A stretch of 64,000 nucleotides of DNA from Nitrospirota bacterium (GTDB lineage: Bacteria; Nitrospirota; Thermodesulfovibrionia; Thermodesulfovibrionales; JdFR-86). A model generated the notes under the pieces. That model saw only the letters and a program-made list of their open reading frames with translations, was not told where the DNA came from and ran no database searches. Shown piece after piece: positions 41,715 to 52,200 of the stretch; position 1 is the first letter of the stretch; each line of letters opens with the position of its first letter. The stretch covers positions 512,001 through 576,000 of the forward strand of contig CAVRJY010000001.1 of NCBI GenBank assembly GCA_963721805.1, given 5' to 3'. The position numbers were made by a program, and so were the translations under genes.

Positions 41715-43034
41715 ATGAGGAAATATTCAGCGGGCATAGCAGCGCTGGCCGTGTTATTCGCCCTGTCATTCGGCATGGGTGCGGTGGCGCATGCGGATGA
41801 CGGTGGCGACGGCGTGAGTGCAAAGACGATCGGCGCGGCATCAAGCGCATATGTCGTGTTCTCCTGGAACGACCTCGGCATGCACTGCATGAACCCCACT
41901 TACGACAAGGCGGTTATCCTGCCTCCGTATAACAACCTCTACGTACAGGTCGTGAAGCGCGGCAACCCGCCCATGATTGTCAACAGCGGGATCTCCGTCT
42001 CGTACAGCATCGCCGGCAATACGTATACCTACGGCAAGCGCAGCTACGGCCAGTTTTGGGACAATATGATGGAGCTGTTCGGCATATCGCTGCCCAAAAA
42101 CAAGGGGCTTAACCTGACGGACCCGACCGTCAATAACGGTCTTTCGGGAAAGATGCTTGCGAAGCCTGACTATTACGTCGCCAACGGCATACCCGTCTCT
42201 CCGGTCTCGGACAAGGGTGCCTGGAACCCCTACCAGGTAGCGAATATCACGGTCAAGAACAGCTCCGGTACGGTCATCGCCAGGACGCAGGCCACCATCC
42301 CGGTCTCGGACGAGATCAGCTGCTCGAAGTGCCACGGGGCCGACCCGTTCGACGATATCCTCACCAAGCATGACGCGATGCACGGCACCGACCTGATGAA
42401 CAGCAAGCCGGTCATATGCGCCGGCTGCCACGGCGATCCGATTCTCGGCCAGACCGACACGGGCGCGGCGGGCATCTACCTCTCCGCGGCGATACACAGC
42501 TCACACGCCGACAGGGGCGCAGCCTGTTATGACTGCCACCCGGGGGACAAGACGCAGTGCAGCAGGAGCCTCGCCCACACCGCACCTGACGGCAACTGCA
42601 CGACCTGCCACGGCCAGATGAGCGACGTCGGCGGCAGCATTCTAAACGGCACGCGCACCCCCTGGGCCGGCGAGCCCAAGTGCTATACCTGCCACAACGT
42701 CGCAAGCCAGGTCGACACCGGCGATGCCCTCTACCGCAACTCACGCGGCCACGGCAATATGTTCTGCTCGGCTTGCCACGGAAGCCCGCATGCCATGGTC
42801 CCCACTAGCAAGGCCTCGGATAACTATCAGGCCATACAGGACCAGAGCGCAGCCTACACGATCGGTGACTGCAGGGTCTGCCACCAGACCTCGCGCGGCG
42901 GCGGCAGCGCCTCTGAGTTCGCCGAGGAGCATGGCGGCAGCAACAAGAGCGCCTGCAACGTTTGTCACACCGGCTACAAGTCAGCGCGCGACACCACCAA
43001 GTGGCCGCATAACTTCCTCTGGAAGTCGAGATAA
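41715..43034 (+). CDS. Exported octaheme cytochrome c (WNDLGMHC-motif type), paralog 1
   Basis: Signal peptide and 8 CxxCH motifs in the C-terminal half. SD AAGGAGG. Confidence 0.93.
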   Translation: MRKYSAGIAALAVLFALSFGMGAVAHADDGGDGVSAKTIGAASSAYVVFSWNDLGMHCMNPTYDKAVILPPYNNLYVQVVKRGNPPMIVNSGISVSYSIAGNTYTYGKRSYGQFWDNMMELFGISLPKNKGLNLTDPTVNNGLSGKMLAKPDYYVANGIPVSPVSDKGAWNPYQVANITVKNSSGTVIARTQATIPVSDEISCSKCHGADPFDDILTKHDAMHGTDLMNSKPVICAGCHGDPILGQTDTGAAGIYLSAAIHSSHADRGAACYDCHPGDKTQCSRSLAHTAPDGNCTTCHGQMSDVGGSILNGTRTPWAGEPKCYTCHNVASQVDTGDALYRNSRGHGNMFCSACHGSPHAMVPTSKASDNYQAIQDQSAAYTIGDCRVCHQTSRGGGSASEFAEEHGGSNKSACNVCHTGYKSARDTTKWPHNFLWKSR

Positions 43035-43063
43035 GCACAAACATATAGCCACGCCGCACCGCT

Positions 43064-43101
43064 ACACGGCCCCGCATGGATGTGCGGGGCCGTGTTTTTT
43101 T
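43064..43101 (+). terminator. Intrinsic terminator
   Basis: ACACGGCCCCGCA/TGCGGGGCCGTGT stem followed by a T-run. Confidence 0.85.
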
Positions 43102-43272
43102 CGCCGAAGCCCCTGTGCGGAATACGTTGCATCGCATAGGCGTGCCGGTTCCCGCGATTGCGCGGCCCGGTTCACAGATTATTCATATTCAGGTGTTAAA
43201 ATATTTCGAACAATCTAAACTGAAGCGGCCCTGTTCAGGGCGAACTGTTTCACAAAACCAACAGGAGGCACA

Positions 43273-44574
43273 ATGCGGAAAGGCTTAATAGTCTCGCTCG
43301 CGGCAATCGCATTATTGTTCTGGTCATTCGGGATGGCGTTTGCGGATGACGACGTCGGGTCCAAGAAGATCGGCGCGGCCAAGAAACCATACGTTGTGTT
43401 CGCCTGGAACGACCTCGGGATGCATTGCCTGAACCCCACTTACGACACTGCCGTGATCCTGCCTCCGTATAACAGCCTTTACGTTCAGGTCGTCAAGCGC
43501 GGCAACCCCCCCACGATAGTCAACAGCGGGATCTCGGTCAGTTATAGCATCGCCGGGAATACCTATTCATACGGCAAGCGCAGCTACGGCCAGTTCTGGG
43601 ACAACATGCAGGCTCTGTTCGGGATAACGCTCCCGCATGACAAGGGCCTTAACCTCACGGACCCGACGGTCAACAACGGGCTCTCGGGCGGGATGCTAGC
43701 CAAGGGCGACTACTATGTCGCAAACGGGATACCAGTGACGCCGGTCCTCGACAAGAAGCTTAAATGGAACCCCTATCAGGTCGCCAATATAACGGTCAAG
43801 GACGCAAGCGGCAAGGTCATCGCCAAGACCAAGGCGACCATCCCGACCTCGGACGAGATCAACTGCGCCAAGTGCCACGGGGCCGACGCTTTCAACGATA
43901 TCCTCGCCAAGCATGACGCCCTGCACGGCACAGACCTGATGAACAGCAAGCCTGTAATCTGCGCCGGCTGCCATGGCGACCCCATCCTGGGCCAGACCGA
44001 CGAGGGCGCGGCGGGCATCTACCTCTCGGACGCGATCCACAGCTCTCACGCCGACAGGGGGGCGGCCTGCTATGACTGCCACCCCGGTGAGACCACGAAG
44101 TGCAGCCGCAGCCTCGCCCATACCGCCGCGGACGGCAACTGCACGACCTGCCACGGCCAGATGAGCGACGTGGCCTCGAGCATCGAGGCCGGCCGCATAC
44201 CCTGGAGCGGCGAGCCCAAATGCTATACCTGCCATAACGTCTCAAGCCAGGTCGATACCGGTGACGCCCTCTACCGCAACTCGCGCGGACACGGCAACCT
44301 GTTCTGTTCGGCCTGCCACGGGAGCCCGCACGCCATGGTCCCGTCAAGCCAGAAGTCCGACAACTACCAGGCCAAGCAGTACCAGAGTGCGGCCAGGACG
44401 ATAGGCGACTGCAAGGTCTGCCATAGGACCTCGCGCGGTGGAGGCGGCGCCTCGGAGTTCGCCCATGAGCACGGGGGCGGCAGGAAGAGCGCGTGCAGCG
44501 TCTGCCATACCGGATTTACCGCTGCCGCCGACTCCTCAAAATGGCCTCACGCCTTCCTCTGGAAGTCGAGGTAA
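43273..44574 (+). CDS. Exported octaheme cytochrome c, paralog 2
   Basis: Signal peptide and 8 CxxCH motifs; highly similar to 41715-43034 throughout. Confidence 0.93.
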   Translation: MRKGLIVSLAAIALLFWSFGMAFADDDVGSKKIGAAKKPYVVFAWNDLGMHCLNPTYDTAVILPPYNSLYVQVVKRGNPPTIVNSGISVSYSIAGNTYSYGKRSYGQFWDNMQALFGITLPHDKGLNLTDPTVNNGLSGGMLAKGDYYVANGIPVTPVLDKKLKWNPYQVANITVKDASGKVIAKTKATIPTSDEINCAKCHGADAFNDILAKHDALHGTDLMNSKPVICAGCHGDPILGQTDEGAAGIYLSDAIHSSHADRGAACYDCHPGETTKCSRSLAHTAADGNCTTCHGQMSDVASSIEAGRIPWSGEPKCYTCHNVSSQVDTGDALYRNSRGHGNLFCSACHGSPHAMVPSSQKSDNYQAKQYQSAARTIGDCKVCHRTSRGGGGASEFAHEHGGGRKSACSVCHTGFTAAADSSKWPHAFLWKSR

Positions 44575-44607
44575 GCCCGGCAGGCCATCACATTTAGTTA
44601 GCGGATG

Positions 44608-44642
44608 ATACGGCCCCGCATGGAAGTGCGGGGCCGTATTTT
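44608..44642 (+). terminator. Intrinsic terminator, near-copy of 43064-43101
   Basis: ATACGGCCCCGCA/TGCGGGGCCGTAT stem followed by Ts. Confidence 0.8.
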
Positions 44643-44649
44643 ATATGGG

Positions 44650-45768
44650 TTAGAGCGTGCGCTTGAAGGTCAGGATCGACAGCGTCAGCATTATGGTGGT
44701 GAATCCGGCAAGAAAAAATATATCGCCGGATATGCCCAATAGCCCAGCATCCCTGAACAGCACCGCCTTAAACGCGTCGACCGCGTAGGCCTCGGGGTTT
44801 ACCTTGGCAAACGCCTTGAGCCATGGCGGGAAGCTCGCTATCGGATAGACCGAGCCGCTCGGGAAAAACAGTATCACGTTCAAAAAACCGCTCAGCACGC
44901 CGACGATCCTCGGGTGGTTGACCCTGCCGAGCATGACGAACATCAGGCTCAGGAGGCAGAGCGTTGTGAGCACCATCACGATAAAAAGCGGCAGGAAGTG
45001 CGTAAACCCGTGGGCCAGCGGTATGCCGGTCAGGAGCATGCTCACTACGAGTATGAACGTAGCGGTGACGAGCGTGACCGAAAGCCCGCTGATGATCAGG
45101 CCGCTCACGATATGCGCCTTCGTCAGCGGCGTCAGCAGGTAGCTCTCGTCCGTGCCCATAAAACGGTCCATTACGAGGTTGAACACCCCGGTGGTCAGGG
45201 TGCCCAGGAATATCGCCATGATTACTACGCCTGGCACGAGGGACTGGTAATAGTCCACCTTGGGGTACAGGTTGATGTCACGCAGGAGCACTGTGTTCGT
45301 GACCTCCCTTATAGGCACGTACTCGGCCTGTATCGATTGCAGCGCGGCGTTTACGAGGTTGCGGATCATCTCGGAGGATATGGCGTCCGTGTTGTCGAGG
45401 AACAGCCCGACCTCCGGCCTGGATGTGAGCGCGACCTTTTTGCTGAAGTCCCTGGGTATGACGAGCGCCGCCTTGTATGTCCCGTTTTTTACGCCGTCGA
45501 CTGCCCGCTGCTCGTCCGAATCGCCCAGGAGTGTGAAAGTCCGCGGCCCGGCCGCGATAGCGTGAAGGTTTTCTATGACACGCTTGGCCGACGGCCCCGA
45601 GTCGTTGTCCACGATGACTATCGGGAGGCCCACCAGCTTCCCCTGAAACGAGTTGCCCAGGATTAGCAGATATATGATCGGCATAAGGACGCTCATGCCG
45701 AGGACGACCGGGTTACGCTTGAACTTCTTGAGGTCCCGCTCGACGACGGCCAGCAGCCTTGTCATCAT
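44650..45768 (-). CDS. ABC-2 type exporter permease
   Basis: TM1, large periplasmic loop and five C-terminal TMs; SG..YPI..FP motif. Confidence 0.9.
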   Translation of the reverse strand: MMTRLLAVVERDLKKFKRNPVVLGMSVLMPIIYLLILGNSFQGKLVGLPIVIVDNDSGPSAKRVIENLHAIAAGPRTFTLLGDSDEQRAVDGVKNGTYKAALVIPRDFSKKVALTSRPEVGLFLDNTDAISSEMIRNLVNAALQSIQAEYVPIREVTNTVLLRDINLYPKVDYYQSLVPGVVIMAIFLGTLTTGVFNLVMDRFMGTDESYLLTPLTKAHIVSGLIISGLSVTLVTATFILVVSMLLTGIPLAHGFTHFLPLFIVMVLTTLCLLSLMFVMLGRVNHPRIVGVLSGFLNVILFFPSGSVYPIASFPPWLKAFAKVNPEAYAVDAFKAVLFRDAGLLGISGDIFFLAGFTTIMLTLSILTFKRTL

Positions 45769-46766
45769 CTCCCGAAGCCCTGCGGTATGCCCGCGCCGGC
45801 CAGGACGTTGAACTTCCTGACCTCTTCCTGACGTATGGACTTGCCTGTGTAGTGGATGAATACGTCCTCAAGGGACTGCTCGTGCAGCGAGGCCGAAAGC
45901 ACGGTGTTGCCGGCCTTTCTCACTGCGTCGATGAGCATCGGCAGGTTCTTCGCGCCGTTTTCGACGTATACCCTCAGCGCGTCGTCCTCTGCCTTGACGC
46001 TGTGCACGAACTCGAGCTTCCCGATCTCGCCTGCGAGAGCCTCCGAGGGGTCCGTGACCGTAAGCGATATGATGTCGTTGCCTGGTATGTTGGCCTTAAG
46101 CTCCGCCGGGCTGCCCATCGCGATGATCTTGCCCGCGTCGATGATCGCGACCCTTCCGCACAGCGTCTCGGCCTCATCGAGGTAATGGGTCGTGAGGAAT
46201 ATCGTCATCGAGTCGCCCTTGATGAGTTCCCTCAGGAAGTCCCAGACGACGTGCCTGGCCTGGGGGTCCAGTCCGATGGTGGGCTCGTCGAGAAACAGCA
46301 TGGCGGGCCTGTGCACCAGCACGCGCGCGATCTCGAGCCTTCGGCGCATGCCGCCCGAGTAGGTCACGACCAAGTCGTTCGCGCGCTGCGTCAGGCCGAC
46401 CATCTCAAGCAGGTACTTAACGCGTTCGGTCCGCTCTTTTTTGCGTATGCCGTAGAACCGGCCGTAGAGGTCCATGTTCTCGTAGCCCGTGAGGTCGAGG
46501 TCGCTGGTCATCGCCTGCGGCACCACTCCGATGCGCTTGCGGACCTCTGCCGGCTCCTGGGCCACGTCAAAGCCTGCGACCGTGGCCTTGCCGCTCGTGG
46601 GCCTGCGCAGGGTATTGAGCATCCTGATGAGGGTCGTCTTGCCCGCCCCGTTCGGGCCTAGGAACCCGAAGAACTCGCCCTCGTCGACGTCGAAGCTCAC
46701 GTGGTCCACGGCGGTCATTTCGCCGAACTTCATGGTAAGCTCAGATACCGTGATGGCCTTTCCCAT
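45765..46766 (-). CDS. ABC exporter ATP-binding protein (DrrA-like)
   Basis: GPNGAGKT, YSGGMRRR, LDEPT and SLEDVF motifs. Confidence 0.93.
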   Translation of the reverse strand: MGKAITVSELTMKFGEMTAVDHVSFDVDEGEFFGFLGPNGAGKTTLIRMLNTLRRPTSGKATVAGFDVAQEPAEVRKRIGVVPQAMTSDLDLTGYENMDLYGRFYGIRKKERTERVKYLLEMVGLTQRANDLVVTYSGGMRRRLEIARVLVHRPAMLFLDEPTIGLDPQARHVVWDFLRELIKGDSMTIFLTTHYLDEAETLCGRVAIIDAGKIIAMGSPAELKANIPGNDIISLTVTDPSEALAGEIGKLEFVHSVKAEDDALRVYVENGAKNLPMLIDAVRKAGNTVLSASLHEQSLEDVFIHYTGKSIRQEEVRKFNVLAGAGIPQGFGR

Positions 46767-46778
46767 GGCGGCCGGGCC

Positions 46779-47840
46779 TCAGTGTCCGGCCGGGAACGCG
46801 ACGTCGACCGTCATGCCGGGCTTCAGGATGCCGCCGCTGTCATCGAGCCGGACCTTGACGCGGAAGGTCTTGATGTCCTCCCTGCCCCTCAGCACGTCGC
46901 GCTGTGTCGCGAACTCCGCGTACCTGCCTATCTCGCTGACCCTGCCGCTGAAGGTGCGCCCCGGCAGCCCGTCGACCGTGATCACGGCCGGGGCGTGGAG
47001 CTTTATCTCGGCTATGCGCGACTCGTCTATGTCCACGCGGGCATATAGGCCGCCGAGGTCCACTAGGGTCATCATCGTTACGCCGGGACTTACGGTCTCG
47101 CCCGCCTCTACGGATTTGAATATGACTACGCCGTCGATAGGGGCGTTGATTATCGTGTCGCCGAGCTTCGAGCGGTTGAAGGCGAGGTTCGCCCCGGCCT
47201 CCCTTAGCGCGGCCCTCGATGAGTTCAGCTGGCCGAGAGCGGCCTTAAGCTGGCTTTCCGAGGCGTTCTTCCTCGAAGCGGCGGAGTTCAGCTGCTCCTT
47301 TGCAGAATCGTACGAAGCCGTGTCCGCCTTATACGCGGTGACGGACTGGTCGCGCGACTCTTGAGATATGAACCCGCTGCTGAGGAGCTTATCGGCCCGC
47401 TCGGATTCTCGCTTCGATTCCTCCATCTGTGCGCGGGCCTTGTCCATGTTTGCCGAGGCGCTTTTCATGTCGGCCTCTGCCCCGGAGATATTGGCGCGCG
47501 CGGCCTCGGCGGACGCCCCGGCCGCAGCGATGTCAGCGTTAGCACGCTCGACCCCTGCCGCGGCCTGATCGACTGAGGCCTGCAAGTCCAGGCTCTCGAG
47601 CGTGATCGCGCGCTGTCCGGCCTTTACCGTGTCGCCTTCCCTGCAGCACATCCACGATACCTTGCCCGCGACCTTCGACGACAGGTTAACCTCAGGGCCG
47701 TCAACGACCCCGGTTGCATGCAGCGCAGTGACCTTGTTGTTATGCAGCAGATAGTACGCGAGGCCGCCTGCGAGGGCGAGGACAATAAGGACGGCGATCA
47801 TCTTGATGGGCATTTTCTTCAGGGTGCCAGTGATATTCAT
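46779..47840 (-). CDS. HlyD-family membrane fusion protein
   Basis: TM anchor, lipoyl halves (SSKVAG, APIDGVV), coiled coil and LKPGM. Confidence 0.9.
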   Translation of the reverse strand: MNITGTLKKMPIKMIAVLIVLALAGGLAYYLLHNNKVTALHATGVVDGPEVNLSSKVAGKVSWMCCREGDTVKAGQRAITLESLDLQASVDQAAAGVERANADIAAAGASAEAARANISGAEADMKSASANMDKARAQMEESKRESERADKLLSSGFISQESRDQSVTAYKADTASYDSAKEQLNSAASRKNASESQLKAALGQLNSSRAALREAGANLAFNRSKLGDTIINAPIDGVVIFKSVEAGETVSPGVTMMTLVDLGGLYARVDIDESRIAEIKLHAPAVITVDGLPGRTFSGRVSEIGRYAEFATQRDVLRGREDIKTFRVKVRLDDSGGILKPGMTVDVAFPAGH

Positions 47841-47920
47841 AGGCTAACTATACAATAATACGCCTGGGCGTTCAACCGGCGCGGCTGGGGTTGCGGCACG
47901 CGTTGGGGCTGGACCTGGCC

Positions 47921-48895
47921 TCAGGCAGTCGCCCGGGACGCTCCGTAAAGAAAAGAGTTGACGCTGAAGAGTATGACCTCCGGTTTTACCGGTTTTCTTA
48001 GGTAGTCCACTGCCCCGAGGTTCCGGGCCCTGACGACGTCCTCGTCCGCGGTGCGTGAGGTTAGGATGATAAACGGCAGGTCCATCTTACGCTGGCTGAT
48101 GACTTCCATCAGCTTGAAGCCGTCCATGTTCGGCATGTTTATATCGGAGATTACGAGGTCGAACGGGTATTGGGTGTTAAATAGCACGTTGGCTGCCTCG
48201 ATGCCGTCGGTGGCGATGTCGACATGATGGCCAGCGGCCGAGAGGATATCAAACAGGAACGTGCGCGTGAATAGGCTGTCCTCGACTATCAGTATATGGC
48301 CCTTGCGTGCGGCAGGCGTCTCGGCCGTGCCTTCGGGACGGAGGGCCATGCTATCGACGGCCTCGGGCTCAGGTTTTAGTTCCTCGGGTTTCACCCCAAG
48401 GTCCATGAGCGATTGAGCGAGTCCCGCAGGGACTGCGATTCCGCGCGATGCGATGAACTGCTCAAGTTCCCTGTAGTGCTCCACGTACTTTCCGCCGAGG
48501 TTCCCCATCATGGCCGAGAGGTCTCCACTGACCTGTGCGATCGCGGTGACGTAATAGACCGCTGCGGGGTTGCGGTCGATCTCGAGACAGGCCCCGAATG
48601 CCTCCCCAAGCGAGATGCCCGGCATCTTTGCGGAAGCCACGAGACCAAGCACGGTGTCGATATTGCCAAGGGTGACGGTTACGTTGTCGAAGTTGAGGCG
48701 CGAGTTTCTGACCAGGCGCTTCTGGAACCTGACGACGTCGCGGTGCGCGATCTCGTCCATGTTCATGCGGTAGAAAAACGAGGCGGCCTCAGGGTCGGCT
48801 TTGAAATTCTCTCTGAGCACGTCATACATCCCGGCGATGCGGGATTCCATATCCTCGATGCGGTCAAGGAGTTTATTTAGCTCGATTTCAGTCAA
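47921..48895 (-). CDS. Ferritin/rubrerythrin-like domain fused to a C-terminal receiver domain
   Basis: E..IA.MY...F..M..DE..H helix-bundle motif; ILIVEDS, SDINMPNMDG and KP receiver motifs. Confidence 0.8.
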   Translation of the reverse strand: MTEIELNKLLDRIEDMESRIAGMYDVLRENFKADPEAASFFYRMNMDEIAHRDVVRFQKRLVRNSRLNFDNVTVTLGNIDTVLGLVASAKMPGISLGEAFGACLEIDRNPAAVYYVTAIAQVSGDLSAMMGNLGGKYVEHYRELEQFIASRGIAVPAGLAQSLMDLGVKPEELKPEPEAVDSMALRPEGTAETPAARKGHILIVEDSLFTRTFLFDILSAAGHHVDIATDGIEAANVLFNTQYPFDLVISDINMPNMDGFKLMEVISQRKMDLPFIILTSRTADEDVVRARNLGAVDYLRKPVKPEVILFSVNSFLYGASRATA

Positions 48896-49244
48896 CGCGT
48901 CCCCCGATCAATGCGCCCACCCGTGAGCACAAGGTCAACGAAAAAGCACTTTATTAAACCCATTGTACGCCAATTATATTAAGCGGCAGGCAGGTTTTTT
49001 GTCAACGGCGCGAGTGAGGCTTGGCTGGGAGAGCTTGATAATAGGCGGAAGGAGACGAGGCCCAAGGGCTCCGTCATGAGACGAGAGCCGTTGAGCCGCT
49101 TGGGGTGTTTTTTGTAACCGTCAGCACTATGTTCCTGCCGATGCTTTTCGCCGTGTCCCGCCGGGCACCGCGTGGACCATGTGCCGACGTTGGCGCAGTA
49201 CGCGTCGAGAGATTGCATGACTCAGGCTTCTGCGATTTCATTGC

Positions 49245-52200
49245 CTACGGCTGCGTGTTGTTGCTCATCCCGCTTGCAGAGGCCGTTTTCTGCTTAACCG
49301 TTGAGGTCTTCACCCCCTCGGTGTTGCCGGCCTTGTCCTTTGACTGATACCGGACGTACTGCGTACACGTGCTCCCCGAGGCGCAATTTACCTTAAACGC
49401 AGTAGAGTAGCTCGTTGCCGGTGTGCAGGCATTTGCCTTATCCACGCAGTATTTGGGGAATCCTGTAGCGATCCCTGAGCCCGAACCGTCTGTCGCTGTG
49501 AGCGTCACGCTTATTGAGTTAGATGAGCTCAACGCGCCGAACGTATAGCCGGCCGCCGAGGCCGTCGTGACCGGTTTTGCACCCACGTCCTGCTTTACCG
49601 TGGCGCTCTTTACAGTAGTGGTGTTGCCGAGCTTGTCCTTTGTCTGATACCGGATGTACTGGGTGCAGGCAGTCCCTGCGGCGCAATTGACCTTAAACGC
49701 CGTGGAGTAGCTCGCGCCCGGAGTGCAGGTGTTGGCCTTATCCACGCAGTACTTCGGGAATCCTGCCGCGATGCCCGAGCCCGCGCCATCTGAAGATATA
49801 AGCGTCACGCTTATCGAGCTTGATATGCTCCATGTGCCGAACGTGTAGCCCGCTGCGGTTGGCGTTGTACCGGGGGCCTGAAGGTCTTGCTTCACCACAG
49901 AGCTCCTTACGGCCTCGACGTTGCCCGCGTTATCTCGCGACTGATAGCGGACGTATTGCATGCACGCGCTGTAGGCGGCGCAGGTTGCCTTGATCGCCCC
50001 GGCGACATAGCTAGTGGCAGGTGCGCAGGTGTTCGTCTTATCCACGCAGTATTTGGGATACCCTGTAGCAATCCCCGAACCGTCTGCTGCCGAGAGCGTC
50101 ACGCTTATCGAATTAGACATGCTCCAAGTGCCGAACGTATAGCCGGCCGCCGAGGCCGCCGTGACAGGTTTCGCGCCCACGTCCTGCCTGACCGCAGCGC
50201 TCTTTACTGCCTCGGAGTTGCCGGCCTTGTCCTTTGACTGATAGCGGAAGTACTGAGTGCATGTGGTCCCTGCGGCGCAATTTACCTTAACCGCAGCCGT
50301 ATAGCTAGTGGCAGGCGTGCATGTGTTGGCCGCATCCACGCAGTACTTCGGATATCCCGCCGCAAGCCCCGAGCCCGCCCCGTCGGCTGCCGAGAGCGTC
50401 ACGTTAATGGAATTGGAAATGCTCCATGCGCCAAAAGTATAGCCCGAGGCGGCTGCGATACTCACAGGCGCTTGAACGTCCTGTTTTACGACGACGCCCT
50501 TCAGCCCCTCGGCGTTGCCGGCCTTGTCCTTTGACTGATAGCGGACGTACTGGGTGCAATTAGTTCCGGCAGCGCAATTTACCTTTATCGCAGTCGTATA
50601 GCTAATGGCAGTCGCGCACGTGTTGGCCGCATCCACGCAGTACTTCGGATATCCCGCCGCAAGCCCCGAGCCGCCCGCGCCATCCGTAGCCGAGAGCGCC
50701 ACGCTGATCGAATTGGACATGCTCCATGCGCCAAACGTATAACCCGTGGCGGACGGCGCGCTTACAGGGGCTTGAAGGTCCTGCTTTACGATGGCGTTCT
50801 TAATTGCCTCGGTATTGCCGATTGTATCTTTTGACTGATAGCGGACGTACTGAGTGCATGTGGTCCCTGCGGCGCAATTCACCTTAATGGCCGCGGTATA
50901 GCTCGTGCTGGGAGAGCATGTATTAGTTAAGTCCATGCAGTACTTGGGATATCCCGCCGCGATCCCAGGACCTGCCCCGTCGGCTGCCGAGAGCGTCACG
51001 TTAATGGAATTGGAAATGCTCCATGTGCCAAATGTATAGCCTGCTGTTGAGGCCGTGGTCACTGGCGGGGCGTTCGTCGCGAATGCGGCGCTGACAGTCT
51101 TTGCGCCGCTGATCAGTATCGGGCATGTGCTTCCAACGGGGCTGCTGCAGCCCGTCCACCCGGTAAATACGAATCCTGCGCCGGGTGTAGCGGTGAGTGT
51201 CACGGTCGAGCCGGAGGCGTAAAATGCCGTACCGGTCGAGCCCGACCACTCGATCGCGCCTTTATCCGGAGAGACGCTGCCAGAGCCAGTGATGTCTACG
51301 GTAAGGTCATGATGCTCGTACAGTTCCGCGCTCGATAGAGAGTCAATCGCTGCGGTGCCGCCCGCAACGAGGACCCTGCCGTCATTAAGTAGCGTGGAGG
51401 TCTGGAAGGACCGGGCGTCCTGCATCGGGCCTGCGAACTGCCACCCTTTAGATGACGGGTCATAGAGTTCGGCGCTTCTGTATGAGTCATAGCCGTTGCC
51501 CCCGCCCGAGACCAGTACCTTCCCCTGAACAAGCGTGGCGCCCTGGCCGTACCGGCCGGTGTACATCGTCTCCGCCTGGCTCCATGAGTTTTCGGCTGGG
51601 TCATATATCTCCGCAGTGGCGAGCGCATCGCTCTGGTTAAAGCCTCCGGCGACCAGAACCTTGCCGTCCGGCAGTAATGCGGCGGTGGCTACGTAACGCG
51701 CGTCCGTCATCGTCCCGGCAGCGCTCCATGAGTTGTCTGCCGGATCGAATATCTCGGCGCTTGCAAGCGGGCCTTCCCAGCCGTAGCCGCCCGCGATCAG
51801 CACTCTGCCATCGGGGAGCGTGGCGACAGCGGGCTTGTAACGATAGTCCAGCATGGGGTCGATAGTGCTCCAGGTATTGTCAGCGGGATTGAACAGCTCG
51901 GCGGTGTTGGTCGAGCCGTCCCAGTTCATCCCGCCCGCAACGAGCACTTTGCCGTTTGCGAGCAATGCCGCGGCAGGCCCCCCGTGCATGTCCGACATAG
52001 GTCCGGTGGCGCTCCAGCTGCCGGTTGCCGGGTCGTAGACCTCGCCGCTCATGTCCGAGCCGCTTGCGATCAGCACCTTGCCGTTTTTAAGGAGCGTTGC
52101 AGAGTGGTCGGCGCGCTCGGCGAGCATCGGCGCGGCTGGGCTCCAGGTGTCCGCGGCCGGGTCGTAAAGCTCCGCGCTCGACAGCAGGCCGTTGTCAGCG

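Noticed and set aside
41715..44574. Octaheme cytochromes as OmcZ, HAO or octaheme nitrite reductase
   Set aside because: Heme spacing and the WNDLGMHC N-terminal domain do not match those families as I recall them, and there is no CxxCK motif.
48981..49101. Nested 7-bp inverted repeats (AAGCGGC/GCCGCTT, CAACGGC/GCCGTTG) as a riboswitch
   Set aside because: They overlap an apparent TTGACA-18-TAATAT promoter for the 48895 gene, so they lie mostly upstream of the transcript. No known aptamer motif is present.
49290..51070. Tandem repeats as a CRISPR array or a DGR template/variable pair
   Set aside because: The units are ~297-bp in-frame protein repeats with no spacers. I saw no adenine-specific pattern, and there is no cas or reverse transcriptase gene in the window.
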